A stretch of 64,000 nucleotides of DNA from Mytilus trossulus. Lineage: Eukaryota. Below the pieces are notes generated by a model. That model searched no databases. It was given only the letters and a program-made list of their open reading frames with translations, and was not told the DNA's origin. Where the stretch lies: positions 55,800,001 through 55,864,000 of the forward strand of contig NC_086382.1 in the NCBI RefSeq assembly GCF_036588685.1, written 5' to 3'. Each line of letters begins with the position of its first letter. Positions within the stretch are counted from its first letter, which is position 1. Positions 1 to 14,530 of this stretch are shown piece after piece. A program made the translations under genes and the position numbers.

Positions 1-3000
1 TTGTCTGTTTCTTTTTTAAGCCATGTCGTTTGCGGATTATTTCGACTTGGATTTTCCCTTTGGTATATTTTGTCTTCCTTTTTCTCTGACTAATTTTGGC
101 AGAACATTTTTTTAGCTTGCGAATGTCTTTGCCATCATGTATTGTTGACCTTATTTTGCAGGATTTTTTTATAATCTTTATGTGAGTTATGTATTGGACA
201 ATGGTACTTTGTGTCATATTATTTCATTCCTCATTTTTAGTTGTCTTCAAGTTGCTAATTTAAACTTTTCCCTGTTTTTTTTTGTATACTGTTGTTTGTC
301 TTTTTTTACGCTGTGTGTCCTTTGGCTTTAATACTGCAGCGGATACCATTTTGTGTCATCTTAGCAATCCTTTTCTGCTAAAATTGATGATTTCATATGC
401 ATTTGTCTATTCACTTTTATTTGCCAATGTTTAATATTCTGTAAGTAAACTTATGCTATTTTGTGTCCTTCATCTCATGTACTCTTTCCTTTTTGTGACT
501 TGCTTTTAATGTGTTTTAGTACTCTATGATGAATACAATTTTTCGTCACATTCTAACTTGTTTTACTCATATCATTTGCCTAAATAAGTATATATGAAAA
601 AAAAGAATTATGATACCGGATTTACTGTTATTCGTATATCTTATTACAGGTACATGTTAACATGGTATTCACTTATTTAAAAACAAACATTGATTACCTA
701 GTTACATAATTTCAAATGCAATACAATTTTGAACATGTCCAATATACTGTGATTTCGTTGTCACTGCATGTATGTATTATTTACCTTTATCATCTCAAAT
801 CACACCAGGTCGTTTCGCTATTTCATTTTGAATAATCCCGTAATTTGTCATCTTTCATAGCAAAGTCTACTTCCGAACTTTTGTCGTATTTAAAATCAAG
901 CAGTCACCTGTAATTGTCCAAAGTTTTATTCTATGAGGAATAATGTGTAATAAGCGATATATTTTACCTGCCATTATTTATATAATACAGAGAGCAGTAG
1001 CATACTAGTGTGCAAAAGTCAAAAATCGACAGGAAAAAACCCAAATCCGAATAACAAATTAAAACCGAGGGATTTAAACCACACATCTTTTTATATGTTT
1101 ATACTGTATAAACAAATCCACATACAGCAATTCCAATTAACAAATTTCTAGTTTTTGTATAAAAGACTTATTAACAAAGGTATCTTATACTGCAGTTTTC
1201 GAATAATTACACCTGATTTTTTTGGGGGTATGGACACACGTACTCACTAACTAAATAATTTTATGATTTTGAACAGCGTAAACTACTGTTGTCTTTATAA
1301 TGTTTATTATTTTACCCTTTGATTTGGGAATATGAAAAGTCTTTTCTTTTGAAACATAGTTTAAGGGTGCAATTAAAACAAAAAGTTGTGAAATAGAAAA
1401 AAAAGCCGATTTACATATTGCCTTGCTGTATAGGATGCAACCAATATTCCATAGAACTTTTAATGATGCATTCAAGTCATCTATATTTATATAGAAAGTA
1501 TATGTCTGAGCAGACAAACTATCACCAAATCATATCTAACAGGAGGAAATCAAAGCTTGATGCACAAGTAATGTAATAATAGGAGCAAATCAGTTTGATG
1601 TCAGACAGTAATTGGATGTTATCGCATCACTTCATGTTAATCAAAAGTTATACAAAAGATCACAATGTTAACACTAGACTGACAAAGTACGTTCACTGTC
1701 AATATACTCAATGTAAGCTAATATTTTCTTGCTTTTTATCGACGATAAATGATATAAATTGAAGAATAATAAAGGTTTCTAGCGAAACACCATTACTTTA
1801 ATTTAACGAAAACCTAAAATTTACTGTTCATCATTAATCTATGTCAATTTGTTCTTCGCGACAATGTCTTTAATATACACAATGTCTGTAATAAATAAAC
1901 TGCCTTTAATATACACAATGTATCTAATAAACAAACTGTCTCTGATATATACAGAACATATAATTGTCACTTATATACATATATAACGAATTGCAGAAAA
2001 ACAATCTATACAATAAATTAGATTATTAATGTTATTGAATATGTGTGATCTAACAAAATATAAAGTAATTGTGCATCATTAAACCTGTTAAGTACAATGC
2101 ATTCATTTCTTATGAATTTAAATTCATTTTATTTTTTTCAAATGAGGCATGATACATGTAGTTAATATTTTAACAGTTTAACAGTGTTGAGACAAGTGAC
2201 ATCTGAATAAGGTAATCAGCAGCTACAGCATAATTATTTTATCATTCTGCATGAAGCTGTTTCTACATTGGTTGGTGGGTGTAAAAAAAAAATCAATTTA
2301 AAGAATTTGGTAGGGAGTTTGTGTTCTTAAGAAATAAAATATGTCTTACTGTTTATCAATTTTCAACTGAGTATACTCTTTATATCAACTATCTACTATT
2401 TTTCATCAAATTAAAAACGTCACTATAAAATTCCCGTTATATCAGTTTTGTTTGGTGTCGTTTGTGTAACTTTCAAGTTGTGTTTTGTAAAGTTTTGTTA
2501 GCTTTTATGTTTTTCAGTACCATGGCGTTTGCAGTGTATTTTGGGCTTGTGACTGTTAATGTAACTTTGATATGTATCGCCTATCTTCTTTGAGTTTGTA
2601 TATCTTCCGTAGGAACTTTGAATAAGAACCCATTCCTGACTGATCAATGTATTTTTGAAATAGACATCCTTCTAGAACAGTTTGATCCTCATTGGCTTAA
2701 AAATTGTTCTTATTGTTTTTTTATTACAATTGACCAAATCAGTTGTGAAAAGATTGCACGACTATTGTTTTGAGATGAGTTAAAAATGAAACGTATATGA
2801 CATTAAAATGAAGAAATATCAGAGTGACGGATGTATTGATAAAGCTGTGCTTATAATAGACGTCTTAATCACTGCTGACCACTCTTCATTTAAAAAACAT
2901 TTATCATAGAAGTGTCTCCGCAGGAAAGACCTTGTCTATCAACGGTCGCTAAATGTTGATGTTTATCCAGGAAAAGAACGGCAAAAGCTGGTATTTGCAT

Positions 3001-3307
3001 ATTCTACTACATTTATTAGTTCTTTTAGAACAGCAGTTTTATGAACAATATATTCTCTTTAAAAAAAATTTAAACAAACTTCAATGACAAAAGTTTAAAT
3101 AAAAGAATACTATACAACCTCAACTATGACATTTTAATAGAAAATGTTATAGGTTAAGTTGGACTTTACATAAAATTTGATATTCATTAGACAGAAAAAA
3201 CACAGTTAATCATATAGGAAAAATTTCGGATGCAAAGTTGTAATTCCCTGGTTTATTTTCCCTTGTTTACTGCAATGATGGTACAGGACACCACATTTAC
3301 CGGCAAT

Positions 3308-3680
3308 TGATAGTTATAAAGTTACCAGGATTCCAATTTAGTACACCAGACGCGCGTTTCGTCTACATAGGACTCATCAGTGATGTTCGTATCAAAATAG
3401 TTATAAAGCCAAACAAATACACATATGAAGAGCATTGAAAATCCGAACTTCCAAAAAGTTGTGCCAATAAGGCTAAGATAATCTATGCTTGGGATAAGAA
3501 AATCCTTAGTTTTTCGAAATTCAATTTTTTGTAAACTGGAAATTTATAAAAATGACCACATAATTGATATTTCTGTCAACACCGAAGTGCTGACTACTGG
3601 GCTGGTGATACCCTGGAGGACGAAACGTCCACCAGTAGAGGCATCGACCCAGTGGTGTAAATAATTATCAAAGTTACCAG
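3308..3680 (-). mobile_element. Non-LTR retrozyme monomer (~352 nt unit) with terminal direct repeat
   Basis: The motif aagttaccag recurs 352 nt apart (3319-3328, 3671-3680), and the unit contains an intact minimal hammerhead. Confidence 0.8.
3344..3385 (-). ncRNA. Type I minimal hammerhead ribozyme
   Basis: Minus strand CAUCA CUGAUGA GUC CUAUGUA GAC GAAA CGCGCG UC / UGGUG: intact core, stem II GUC/GAC, palindromic stem III, stem I CAUCA/UGGUG. Predicted cleavage is between 3349 and 3348. Confidence 0.85.
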
Positions 3681-6074
3681 TTCAAAAAACTTCATTTTTG
3701 TCCGAAAAAGACGAAGGCAGTAAGAGAAAACAAGTTATCTTATCAGCACAGTAATTAAGTAGATATTTCAGCTGATAGTTATTAAGTTTGATTTGGTCGT
3801 TGATTAAGGTCGTAATGTCTGTTCAGAGCTATAAACTATTTGCCAGTATAATTTTCTGTCTGTATGTTATAGCAATATAACTAAATAAATCAAGGCAATT
3901 TTTACTTTAGATGTTGTAGATATAGATCAATGTTTGCTATAATTTAAAGCAAAGCATACTAGTACTTGATGTATTGTATATTACTTCAACACTTCATTAA
4001 ATCAAATCAGCCGTTGAGATCTTACATAACTTCTTAATGGATATTCATTTAAAAACAAGAACGTTTACTTGTTTCTTTATGTATGCATCTGGAATATTGT
4101 CAAAAGTTTTACGACATCCATGATTTGCTAATTTCTCCTGTTCCTTTGTATGTTTTTCTGGCATATTTTAAAGTTTTTCGACATCCATGTTTTAAATGAT
4201 TCTTATCAGTAACCTGCTACGAAGATGTCCATGGATTTATTGCTTTTAAGGTAGTCACAATCTAATCTTTTCTATCTCAAAACAACAAAATTAATGTAAC
4301 TTATTGTCGTTATTTATAATGCTTTTGGCAACACAACTGCTTCCTCTAATACTAAAGTGCATGAACCATTGAACCTTTTGTATAGAGCATGAAAAGAATA
4401 ACAATTTGATGCACGTTAGAAGTTCCTCACCGATTGTGTTCGTGATTCTATATTTCAGTTTTGTGTACAATTTTGAGGACTATTGTTTGTCTGTTAATCT
4501 CTGTTGACTGTTGATGTGATGTTGGTTCCCTTCACTTTCCTGCTTATAAGGTTGTTCCTTGGTATCTTAAAAAACTCAATTATTGAATTGAAACAAAGCT
4601 ATTTTTTAAGGTCCTATTATCGAATTTTGCAATGGGTATTTCAGTTATAACAAATTTTACAAATTGTCTTTGTGTACTCTTCACGAATTTTAATTCATTT
4701 TATATACATTCAGCACTGCATATAGTTCAATATGCTGATTCCCATGTCAATATATCCAACAGTTATCGAACTTAAAAGCAGGAAACTGCGGCAACAATAT
4801 TTTGTACATTTCAGGGCTAAAACAGCATGGTATCCTGCTTGTATCAATTTCATTCTATATTTTTGAACTAATGACCAAGCATCCGATGAAATAAATAGGT
4901 TTCCTATGGATTAAGTAGCTCTTTAGACTGGCGATTATTTTCATAACTATTTGAATATACAATGTTATGAATACACACCACTGAAAGCCAATAACAAATA
5001 GCACTTGTACTACTGCACTGGCGTGACAAATTAAAAAATCAGACATCGCAATTGATTTTTAATTATGTGAGCTTTGAGCGATAAATAACAACATAATACT
5101 TTCATTTGTAAATAAGTGTTCAGAGTATATGTCTGGAAGTAACTCTTTATTCTCATTGATCATCAAATTAATTTATAAAGAACAAAGGACGAAAAAGCCA
5201 TAGATGTCAATTGAGTTCATTATGTTGTTTAAGATTTAAACTAAAGAATATTTCTTTATTATGTATTTACATTACTGCAAAAAGACAAATAGGTAACATC
5301 AAGTATGAGAAACGTCTTTATTATTTGTGTTTTTGTGTTTCCCCAATTGATCCGTATTTTAACATCAGAATAAAGAAACTGTCCTTTTTATTCAACAGTT
5401 TTTTATACTATGATCTGTCCTTGGAAACCTGATCTTATAATAGTCTCACAACGACACAAATTGCATATTCAAATCGTCATTCCACTATGTTCATCAAACT
5501 TCATGGAATAAATTTTCACAACATTTAAGTTTCTTTCTCTCGTTAAACGTGCTTGTTCTAATTTAACTTTAAGTATAGAATATTCCACACAAACTTTCCA
5601 ATGAAAATTGCATGCTGTCGAAAATAGTTGTTATTTTTTGCCAAATGGAGGACAATGAATTTTAATGACTGCTTACGAGATGTTTTTGGATCTCTATGAC
5701 ATACATTAATCAAAAGCTCGCTGACCACTGTTCGCTCAAACCACAATCTATCAGACAATGTATGTACAGGAAAATGTCTGTGATTATCAGCATTGTATTC
5801 AATTAGTGTCTACAAGATAATTCCAAAGCTGATATTTACATTGTCCGTTTATACTTATTAATGCTTTCAATGAAACATATTTCAGGAATCTTAATTTACT
5901 GTGTAAATAGAATCAGCCATGGTAATTCAACAACACGTATGTTTCTCGACATTTAACATTTGATGTTTTGCTCCATTGTCAATAGTTGGTATAAAAGTCG
6001 TGTCCATTTTTTGATATTTTAGTTATTGTTATCACTTCTTTAAAACAACAAAACAATTCTTCAAACTGAGGGCC

Positions 6075-6175
6075 TTACTGATGAAGACGAAACGTCTGAC
6101 GTACTAAATTATAATCCTGGTACTAAATTATAATGCTGGTACTAAACTGTACTCCTGGTACCTTTGATAACTATT
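6075..6175 (+). repeat. Truncated retrozyme 3' piece with deleted hammerhead and three ~20-nt tandem repeats
   Basis: ctgatgaagacgaaacgtctg, then (gtactaaattataatcctg)-like x3, then gtacctttgataactatt. Confidence 0.65.
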
Positions 6176-7257
6176 CACTTTAATGACATATATATGATGC
6201 AACTTTTGAACATTTGAAACTGTCTTGGTCAAAGCTGTCTCAGCTTATATATTCGGGGAGATGTAGAAATGTAGAGCTATTCGATATTCCTAGTGCCAAA
6301 ACGTTTGATTTTTTTTCTGGTTAAAATGTCCCATTAATGCACTAAAATATCTGTCGCGTCGTATGGACATTATTTGATATATAAGACAATTTTTTACCTC
6401 AAGATTTTTAAAGCCTTTTGTAACACTGCCCATGAGAAAAAACATCAATCGTGTTATTTATACTCGTAAAGGTTAAATTTTATACTCTTTAATAAAACCC
6501 GTTGAGCATATACGTTTGCCCTAAAGATTGAAATGATGGTTCAAACAAAATAACAAGTATAAATTTGTTACTTATGTAGATATGACATTTTTAGAAAAAG
6601 ACATATTTATAAAAAAACAAATTATTGTTGTTATACTATGGATCTCAAAATTGTGCATGGTTGTCAGAAATGCTTTTGACTAGTATTAAGAAAAACTTAA
6701 TACTTGACATTAATTTGATAATGATGACAGTCATGTAGTAATCTATGGTACTAGGATTCCCATCTTGTCTAGACTTGGAATGAAGACCAGCTTAACATGT
6801 TACATGTATATATAGTATACAATGTAGACACTTGTCAACTGTTGACTCCTCATGGCGTTCAGAAATGTTCGAAGGCATGACTACCATTTCAGCACTTGAA
6901 AACATTGATTCCAGAGCTTCTTTGTAAGCATCGATCCCCTATCAACTACATCACGATATGAAAAAAGAACACACTGAACTCTGACGAAAATTCGAAAAGG
7001 ATGTTCCTAATCAATGAAACGCACGCTCCGGAATATCGATACTTGGAGAGATATACTCCATATATACTATTAACCTGAATATAGAACTTGTTATGGTGTA
7101 TAGTTAACTTCACGCTTATCTATGAAAACTGATACACAATTCGAGAACACAATTAAACTTTTCAGCAAGTATCAATGTTACATGTTTGACTACGGATACA
7201 AATAAAAATTATGTAACAGTTGTGATAATTTCATGAATTAATCAATTAATACTTACA

Positions 7258-7605
7258 TCACCTACTTACATATAAGTTAACAGATGTAAATAATTTGTAA
7301 AAGTAAATTAGTAATAAATAAATTTGAAAAGGTACGAAGGATAATTTTTTATTATCAGTAAAAGAAACTACTTTACTTATATCGTAGGTAAAATATTCAG
7401 ATTTTTCATCAAAATCACAGTTCGAGTCTTCTTCACATGTATTATGCAATTGAGTTCTAAACAGTGACATCTCAAACAGAATAAAAGCATTTCTAGTATG
7501 AGTAAAACAACTCATCAAATATACTCGGTTGATATTTTCATACGGGAGACTCGCATTTAGTCCACAAAGAAAAAAGGCCAAATAAAGTAAAACATTGACA
7601 AGCAT
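7258..7605 (-). CDS. Hypothetical 115-aa ORF with hydrophobic N- and C-termini
   Basis: ATG-initiated, with signal-peptide-like MLVNVLLYLAFFLCGLNAS and an acidic Cys-containing middle. No recognisable homology. Confidence 0.2.
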   Translation of the reverse strand: MLVNVLLYLAFFLCGLNASLPYENINRVYLMSCFTHTRNAFILFEMSLFRTQLHNTCEEDSNCDFDEKSEYFTYDISKVVSFTDNKKLSFVPFQIYLLLIYFYKLFTSVNLYVSR

Positions 7606-8257
7606 TTAGGATGAAAAAAAATCCTAGAAGTTTTGCTTTATATGTGGTTTTCCTATCATTTGCAAAACATCCTTAGTATTAAAGTTTAGTAAATAGCTGA
7701 TTCGTTACAAAAACCATATGAAAGACATTTAATTCATTTCACTTAACACAGAAGTTGGCTTTTGAACTTTTTATTATTGATTAAGCAAACAAACGCCACC
7801 TACGCGATTTATATTGAGCAAGTACAAACGATTTTTTTTTTTAATTTCACAGCTAACATTTATATATGATATGTTACTCTAAAATAACAACACGCACATT
7901 TCGATATTCTCTATCGTCATATTCTGGTGAACCTTTCAATATTTGATATCAAAATAATCGGAAACAAGGTGTCTCAGACCAAAAGTGCAATCAATGACAG
8001 GATTACCATTTGATATGCAGAAAGGGAGAAAGTATTTTTTTTGCTGATTTACTATTCATTTTCATCTGTTGCTAGGCTTGCTTATATGTTTGTACGTGAA
8101 AAAATTTCTTCTTTCCCAACAAATGGTATCCAATTCTGTTTAAAATAGCATTGACGTTACAAAAACAATTTTACGTCAACCTGGTGTTCTCGTGTCTTCT
8201 CGGAATTATTACATGACGCTCTTTGTAAGGTCTATGCTACTGATGTTCTAGTGTATC

Positions 8258-8555
8258 TGTGGCCCAGTAGTCAGCATTTCTATGTTGAAATAAACTGTCA
8301 TTGGAATGGTCATAATTATAAATTACAACTTATTGCTTATAACACAATTACTGTTTTGTAAAACTTAGAACCTTCATACCAATGAATATATTACCTTACC
8401 AGTATTTGTTAAATTTTCGTAATTAAGGGTCCTACATGCTCCTCAACTTTTTCTTTCATTCGCTTTTTCGTTCTTATTTATTAGAATGTCATTAATTAGT
8501 CTGTTAAAGACGAAAGGCGTGTCTGGTGTAAAAATGTTAGCCTGAAATCTATATC
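8258..8555 (+). repeat. Degenerate retrozyme copy
   Basis: gcccagtagtcagca...agacgaaaggcgtgtctggtgta is colinear with the reverse complement of 3308-3605; the CUGAUGA core is lost. Confidence 0.6.
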
Positions 8556-11500
8556 GTTTTTTTCTTATTTAGGGGCCAGCTCAGGACCACCTCCGGGGGC
8601 TGGATTCTCATGCTGTATTGAAGACCCATCGTTTGCCTTCGAGTGTTGTCTGGTCTTTGGACGGGTTGTTGTCTCTTTGGCATATTCCCTATTTCCATTA
8701 TCAACTATACTAACAATAACAACTGTTACGTGAAGTAAAATGAACAGTTAGGAATTATCTTATAATTTTTTATAAACTTATAAACAAAATCTTTATCATT
8801 CACTGTTATATACTTACATGTAACTTGTATTTTGCATATTTACTCAAAAGCTTTCAAAAGTAGCTGTGCGTTACTGGTAAAGATAAAAGTAATCAAAAAG
8901 AAAGCAAGGAATTGATTCATTAAAAATTGTTAAAATACCGATTCGATCAATTTCAAGGTAAATATGTTCCTTTTTAAAGATTGTCTTATAAATGTGTTTT
9001 ATGCATAACCTATTGGTTTTACACAGTCGGATTGCCAATAATGCAATCCAAACCATTATCGCTAAAGTTAAGAACGAAACGGAAGTTTATTGAACCCAGA
9101 TTATGGAATTACTTCGCTTTGCCCAATGAGTTCTTTCTTTCTGTACGTTTTCTTTTGTACTCTGGATTTATCGGTTTTGTAACGAAAGTTCATGGAAGGC
9201 TGATTGCCGATTACTCAATCGAAACGAACTTGTGTTTGAAAAGTACATAACACACAAGTTTTGTCATGTTGTCACAAGTTTTAAATGTATACCCGACTAC
9301 AATGTATTTGCCAGTTTTACCTGGTTTTAATTTTATGTATTTTCTGAATGGTCAGATTGCTGAATGATCAAAATACCATTTTAAAGTGTAATGTTTTAAA
9401 CAGGAGGTTAGCAAAATCAATCCCCGCATCCCAAACGTTATGCAATTTATGTGCTTCTTTTTCTTCGTTATCTTTCCATCTATGTTAAAAATGATACTGT
9501 ACACTTTGTATTAATAATTGGGAAACGAATAAGGAAAACAGATATCAACAGCCACACAATGACTAAAAACACGAAAAAAAGTACACCCGAAAGCAAACAA
9601 TGTTTCTACAATGCAACGAAACTACAATATTCGGATGAAAGTCTGTTATTTTTCATAATTTCCAAACTTCACCGTATAATAAGTAACACTACTCCGAAGT
9701 TTAACTGCAACACAGTTATGACATTTTGTAGATATATATTTGAAAAATCCAATTGCACTTTTGCGGAAGATAACTGTCTCATTGTAGTTACTACTTAGAG
9801 GATCTGCAATTGTATTAATAGTATTTTTTGAACCTGTACACAATAACCCTTCAATTCCGCAACATTGTTTTTAAACAACAAAATACCATATTCTCATTAA
9901 GGTTTCTCATTCTCGTACGATTTTCAATTTAGGCTATTCATTCTTCTTCATACAAGAAGCGCTCTGCCTGTTTATAATCCAACGGAAAGGTAAAATTGAT
10001 ACCAATTTAGTGTTGATTTAAGACTTTTCTTGAAATTTAACATAAAACTAATTTACCGAAGCTGAATCATATTCTGCTTGTTTGCAATAAACAGCAATTT
10101 GTTGGCGTCTTAAACAGATTTAATTGGAAATTAAATTGACAAATCGAGAAAATGTTCATTAAAACAACTGAAGTCTGTTAAAAGAATACATACTCATCTA
10201 ATAGACATTTCAATAAATTATATAGAATACTTTTAATTTTGCAAATAAATCTTAGAATGAAAGTCTAAAAATCAATGCATGTATCAAACAAAGAATAGCA
10301 AGGCCAATAATTGACCTTCAACTTATTGTTCCTCTGCATTCCACTCAAATGGCCTGTTAACACATATCTTATATTATTTTTCAGATTAAAGCTTATACTA
10401 TAGGGTCATGTGTCTCTGTACATATCTACGATGATTATATTCTAGACTTGTATAGAAAACGAATAACTACATTTGTTCAAATGGAAATGAAAACCTAATT
10501 TCGAGTTAATCTTATGTAGGACAAAAAGAAACTAGTTAACCTACTACTTATTCCTCACATAACGGTCAGTTAAGGACATGATTATGAAATAATTTCATAT
10601 TTGAATATGAATGCAAAAAGCGAAATAGTCAATTTACATTTAGCAAATGATATCTAACAGCCTCCGGGAAAATTCGAAAAAGATACAATATTTCTATTAC
10701 TGTTTTGGTGAAATGTTTATATCTGCCTTTTTCTGACACATTTCTTTTGAAATTTTACTTGCAGATCGAGACTCTTTAAATGCTTGTTTATTTCAGAAAG
10801 ATTCCCTTGTCTCTGATCTATATGTTTGTGTAACGAGTTGACACAATTTTGTTTTGCTGTTTACCATCAATAGTTTCGCTTTTACTTGAATATGTATCAT
10901 TTAAAACTATATTTTTTAAAGCGTTTTCTTTGTGCTTAAACTGAATCACGAAAGTTGAAACCAATAATTGGAATTGCATAATATTGAAAAAGAAGTTGCA
11001 GTTTGGCGACATGGCGTAATTAGATACATTATTTTTATGAAATCATTAACATTTTGGTCTAGATTAAGAAAGGGTTTGACGAACTTCTAAATTGAACTAG
11101 TTTTCTTTACATCTGTTCTTCTTGTTAGGTCTGTAGTTCTGTCAGATGTTGTTATGACTTATATGACCTTCATTTCTCAATTTCTCAATTAGATCATAGT
11201 AGCATCTGATCTTCATTACTTTAAGTTAAAGCCATCTTCGTTGATTCTTATCAAATTTCACAAATGTTGTTAAGTAATAATGCTATACTGACACACTAAA
11301 GTAAGCTGTCGAAAGTAAGACATTTGTTTCATCGGATTATTTTGAGTAAGTTTTTTTTTAATTGAGCTTATTATTTCAAATGTCTTTAGTGGTTTTTGTT
11401 TTATTGTGTTAGTCGATTAAATAAAGGAAGCACATCGTTGTCAGCTCATAAGAGATGATCAAAACTAACTATTAAGATTTTAGAAATAATAGAAAATAGA

Positions 11501-13959
11501 TTGAACTCTAAAAGGAATGAGACCAATTGTATTAATAAATCCGCTGGTGAAGATATGAATAAATATCTGAAGCGTTCATTACATATTATTTCTTATATAT
11601 AAAGAAATATACAATATGAGGTCAATGTCAGACCAATATCTACTTGTTTAAATGAGGCTGAGAAACTGGGGAAGGGCTAGGTTGCAGTTTAAAGTTGCTC
11701 ATTATTTCATTTGTCGAGGTTTTCTTATTGTTAAATGCCGTTGTGCTACCTATCGTTGTTACATGCTACATCTACGTCATTTGATATCTAGTGAATAATA
11801 ACTAATGCCTCATTGGCAGTCATACCACATCTCCTTATCTTATAGATACAGCACCATACTACATAGTATTGTCTTGCTCAGTTTTTTGCTATTAAATGCC
11901 TTCCGACTTATAAAACAATAATACATGACATGACTTACAAAGTACTAAGTACTAATTTTAATGTTAAAAGGAATAAAATTACAGTGACAACTTAATGAAT
12001 ACACGATTGACTATACTTGACAATGAAGAACTCTCTAAAAGATTTGTTTGATTTTCCAATTGATCTAACACTTAAATTACTATAAGACTTTCAGGAAAAA
12101 CATTTAAGTTGTACACTTTCGGTTATCGAATTGACGATAACAACACATTCATCAACTAGAAAGAACAGTTTTCTATGTATTACTTGATAGTGTCAAAATA
12201 AATGTAATCGTGCTTCATGCATTTTCGTTAACATGAAAATTAAAAAAAAACAAGGTCAATATTTCTTTTCTTTTTTTGAAACATCAGCTATTAAACAACT
12301 GTGATGGAACTAGATTGTGTAGTACATATCACATTCAATGCTGTAGTGTCTTAGATTTTATACACTGTAATAGTGTTACTGATTAATGTTAAATCAGTGA
12401 ATGTTAATTAACAAATTGTTTGTAAAATAAACGGTGTTGTTCTGAATTTGTGATTTTCAACCTCTTGTTCACAATTTTCTGTCCTGTATCAAATGGTTCT
12501 GTCGTTAATAAAGCAGACATGTCTGAGAATATTTTTTTTGAATTGGTAGATACGATTCAATTATACGTTTTAACATCATTAAATGAGTTTAGCTCTTTGA
12601 AATATTCTAATTGATTGTTTTTATGCATTTCAGAACTGCAGTTATTTTTATAGTCCATGGACACAAATAGAACATTCAAAAGATTTAAACATTAGCTTAC
12701 TCTTATTCAAATGCCTCTGCCTTAATAAAAAAACATCACATGAAATTCTAAAACTCATTTCTCAATGTTATCAATCTTTATTTGGAATTGTTTTAACTAA
12801 GTCTCTCTATCCATAAGCATGACCAAAACTGATAAACAAGAGCCTATAGAATGATGCTTTACAAAAATTTACGCTGATGGAGACATTTTGCAAGAACTAT
12901 CTTTCCTGCAATATCGATATAACATTACAAACACGCCATTTTTTGAATCTAGACGTCAAAGTCATTTATTTTTTCACACCTGCTACTGATGAAAAGTGCT
13001 AAGACAATATCTTTTAAAGGTTCATAACAATCTACATTTTTATTTCTAAACGATGTTAAAACTTAATAAAATTACAAAACAACTGAAAAAACTAACTTTA
13101 ACTCTGCTCAATTCAGATTTTCGTTAAGATGGTTGAGTGAATATAATAATGACAATTAGGCTTGAAGGAAACAGAGAATTACTACAGATGATTTTTTTTT
13201 GTTAGATATTTATTCAAAAAAAGATCAAAACTAACAATAATACTGTAAATACCATGAGGTAAAACATAACACATTCTGTGCATTATTTTGAAATATTTTA
13301 CTATAATAATAGAGACCATAATATAATAAAAAATTATATATTATAATTATAAAAACATTATAAGAAATTTGACGAGTGTCACACCAGATAAAACTGAAAA
13401 AAAACGTATATTTACCCAACAATGTTGACTTAGTGTTTCATTTGTTGAAAACTAAGTCATGATTGTAGAAAATGTTCTCTGATTTACAAAATATTGCCAG
13501 GACCATCATCTTTGTTTGTTCATTTCTCCATCAATATCATAATCCTATCACAACTTTATATTCTCTAATCTTTTTATTTCCTGTAAATTGACAACCAGTA
13601 TCCAATACTTGTCAATAGAGATAAACTACTGAATAATCAAACAATAGCATGTTGAAAGAAAACTGAAGCACAGTGATTTAGTTTTTTAAATTGTAGTGTT
13701 CACTGTATTAAAAGCTTAGAACCAAAATACGTAAATTTTATCAAAACTCACAAAATCTATACGAGAGCACAAAAATGAATGCATATTGATTCAACGTACA
13801 AGTAAACAATTTTCATTGTCAAAGTATTCTACAGCATCTCTCCAAATCACAATTGATCATACTGAAGTAACTCGAATCGTGTATGTCAATGAAACACCGA
13901 CAAGTAGTATGTTTTAATACCCTTGTTATGGGTCACGAGATACAGTGCAACGAAATACA

Positions 13960-14530
13960 TTACCGTTTTCTTATTAATTGTAATTATTATAATTGTTATC
14001 TATTAATCATGTGTTTCTTTGTCTAATATGTTCTCCTATTTATTTGTATTGTAGTCCTGTTATATTATGTTGTCATTTCAATGTTATATTTAACATTGCC
14101 ATTAACGTGCAAGGTTTGGATGCCACAAAACCAGGTTCAACCCACCATTTTGTCTCATTAAAATGTCCTGTACCAAGTCAGGAAGATGGCTCTTGTTATA
14201 TTATTGTTCGTTTCTGTGTGTGTTACATTCTAACTCTGCGTCGTTTGTTTTCTCTTATTTTTGAGTGTAAATTCACATTGCGATAAGACGTGTCACGGTA
14301 CTTGTCTATCCAAAAGTCATGTATTTGGTTTTGGGGTTATATTTGTTATTCTCGTGGGATTTTGTCTGATGCCTGGTCCGTTTCTGTGTGTGTTACATTT
14401 CAGTCTTGTGTCGTTGTTCTCCTCTTATATTTAATGCGTTTTCATAGGTTTTAGTTCGTTATCCCGATTTTGTTTTTTGTCCATGTATTTATGAGTTTTG
14501 AACAGCGTTATACTACTGTTGTCTTTATTG
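13960..14530 (+). repeat. Interspersed repeat (SINE-like/non-autonomous)
   Basis: Contains the aaaaccaggttcaacccacc..cctgtaccaagtcagga module also seen at ~19730, 20410, 33430 (-) and 56650. Its 3' tail gaacagcg.tatactactgttg is also seen at ~35960. Confidence 0.55.
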
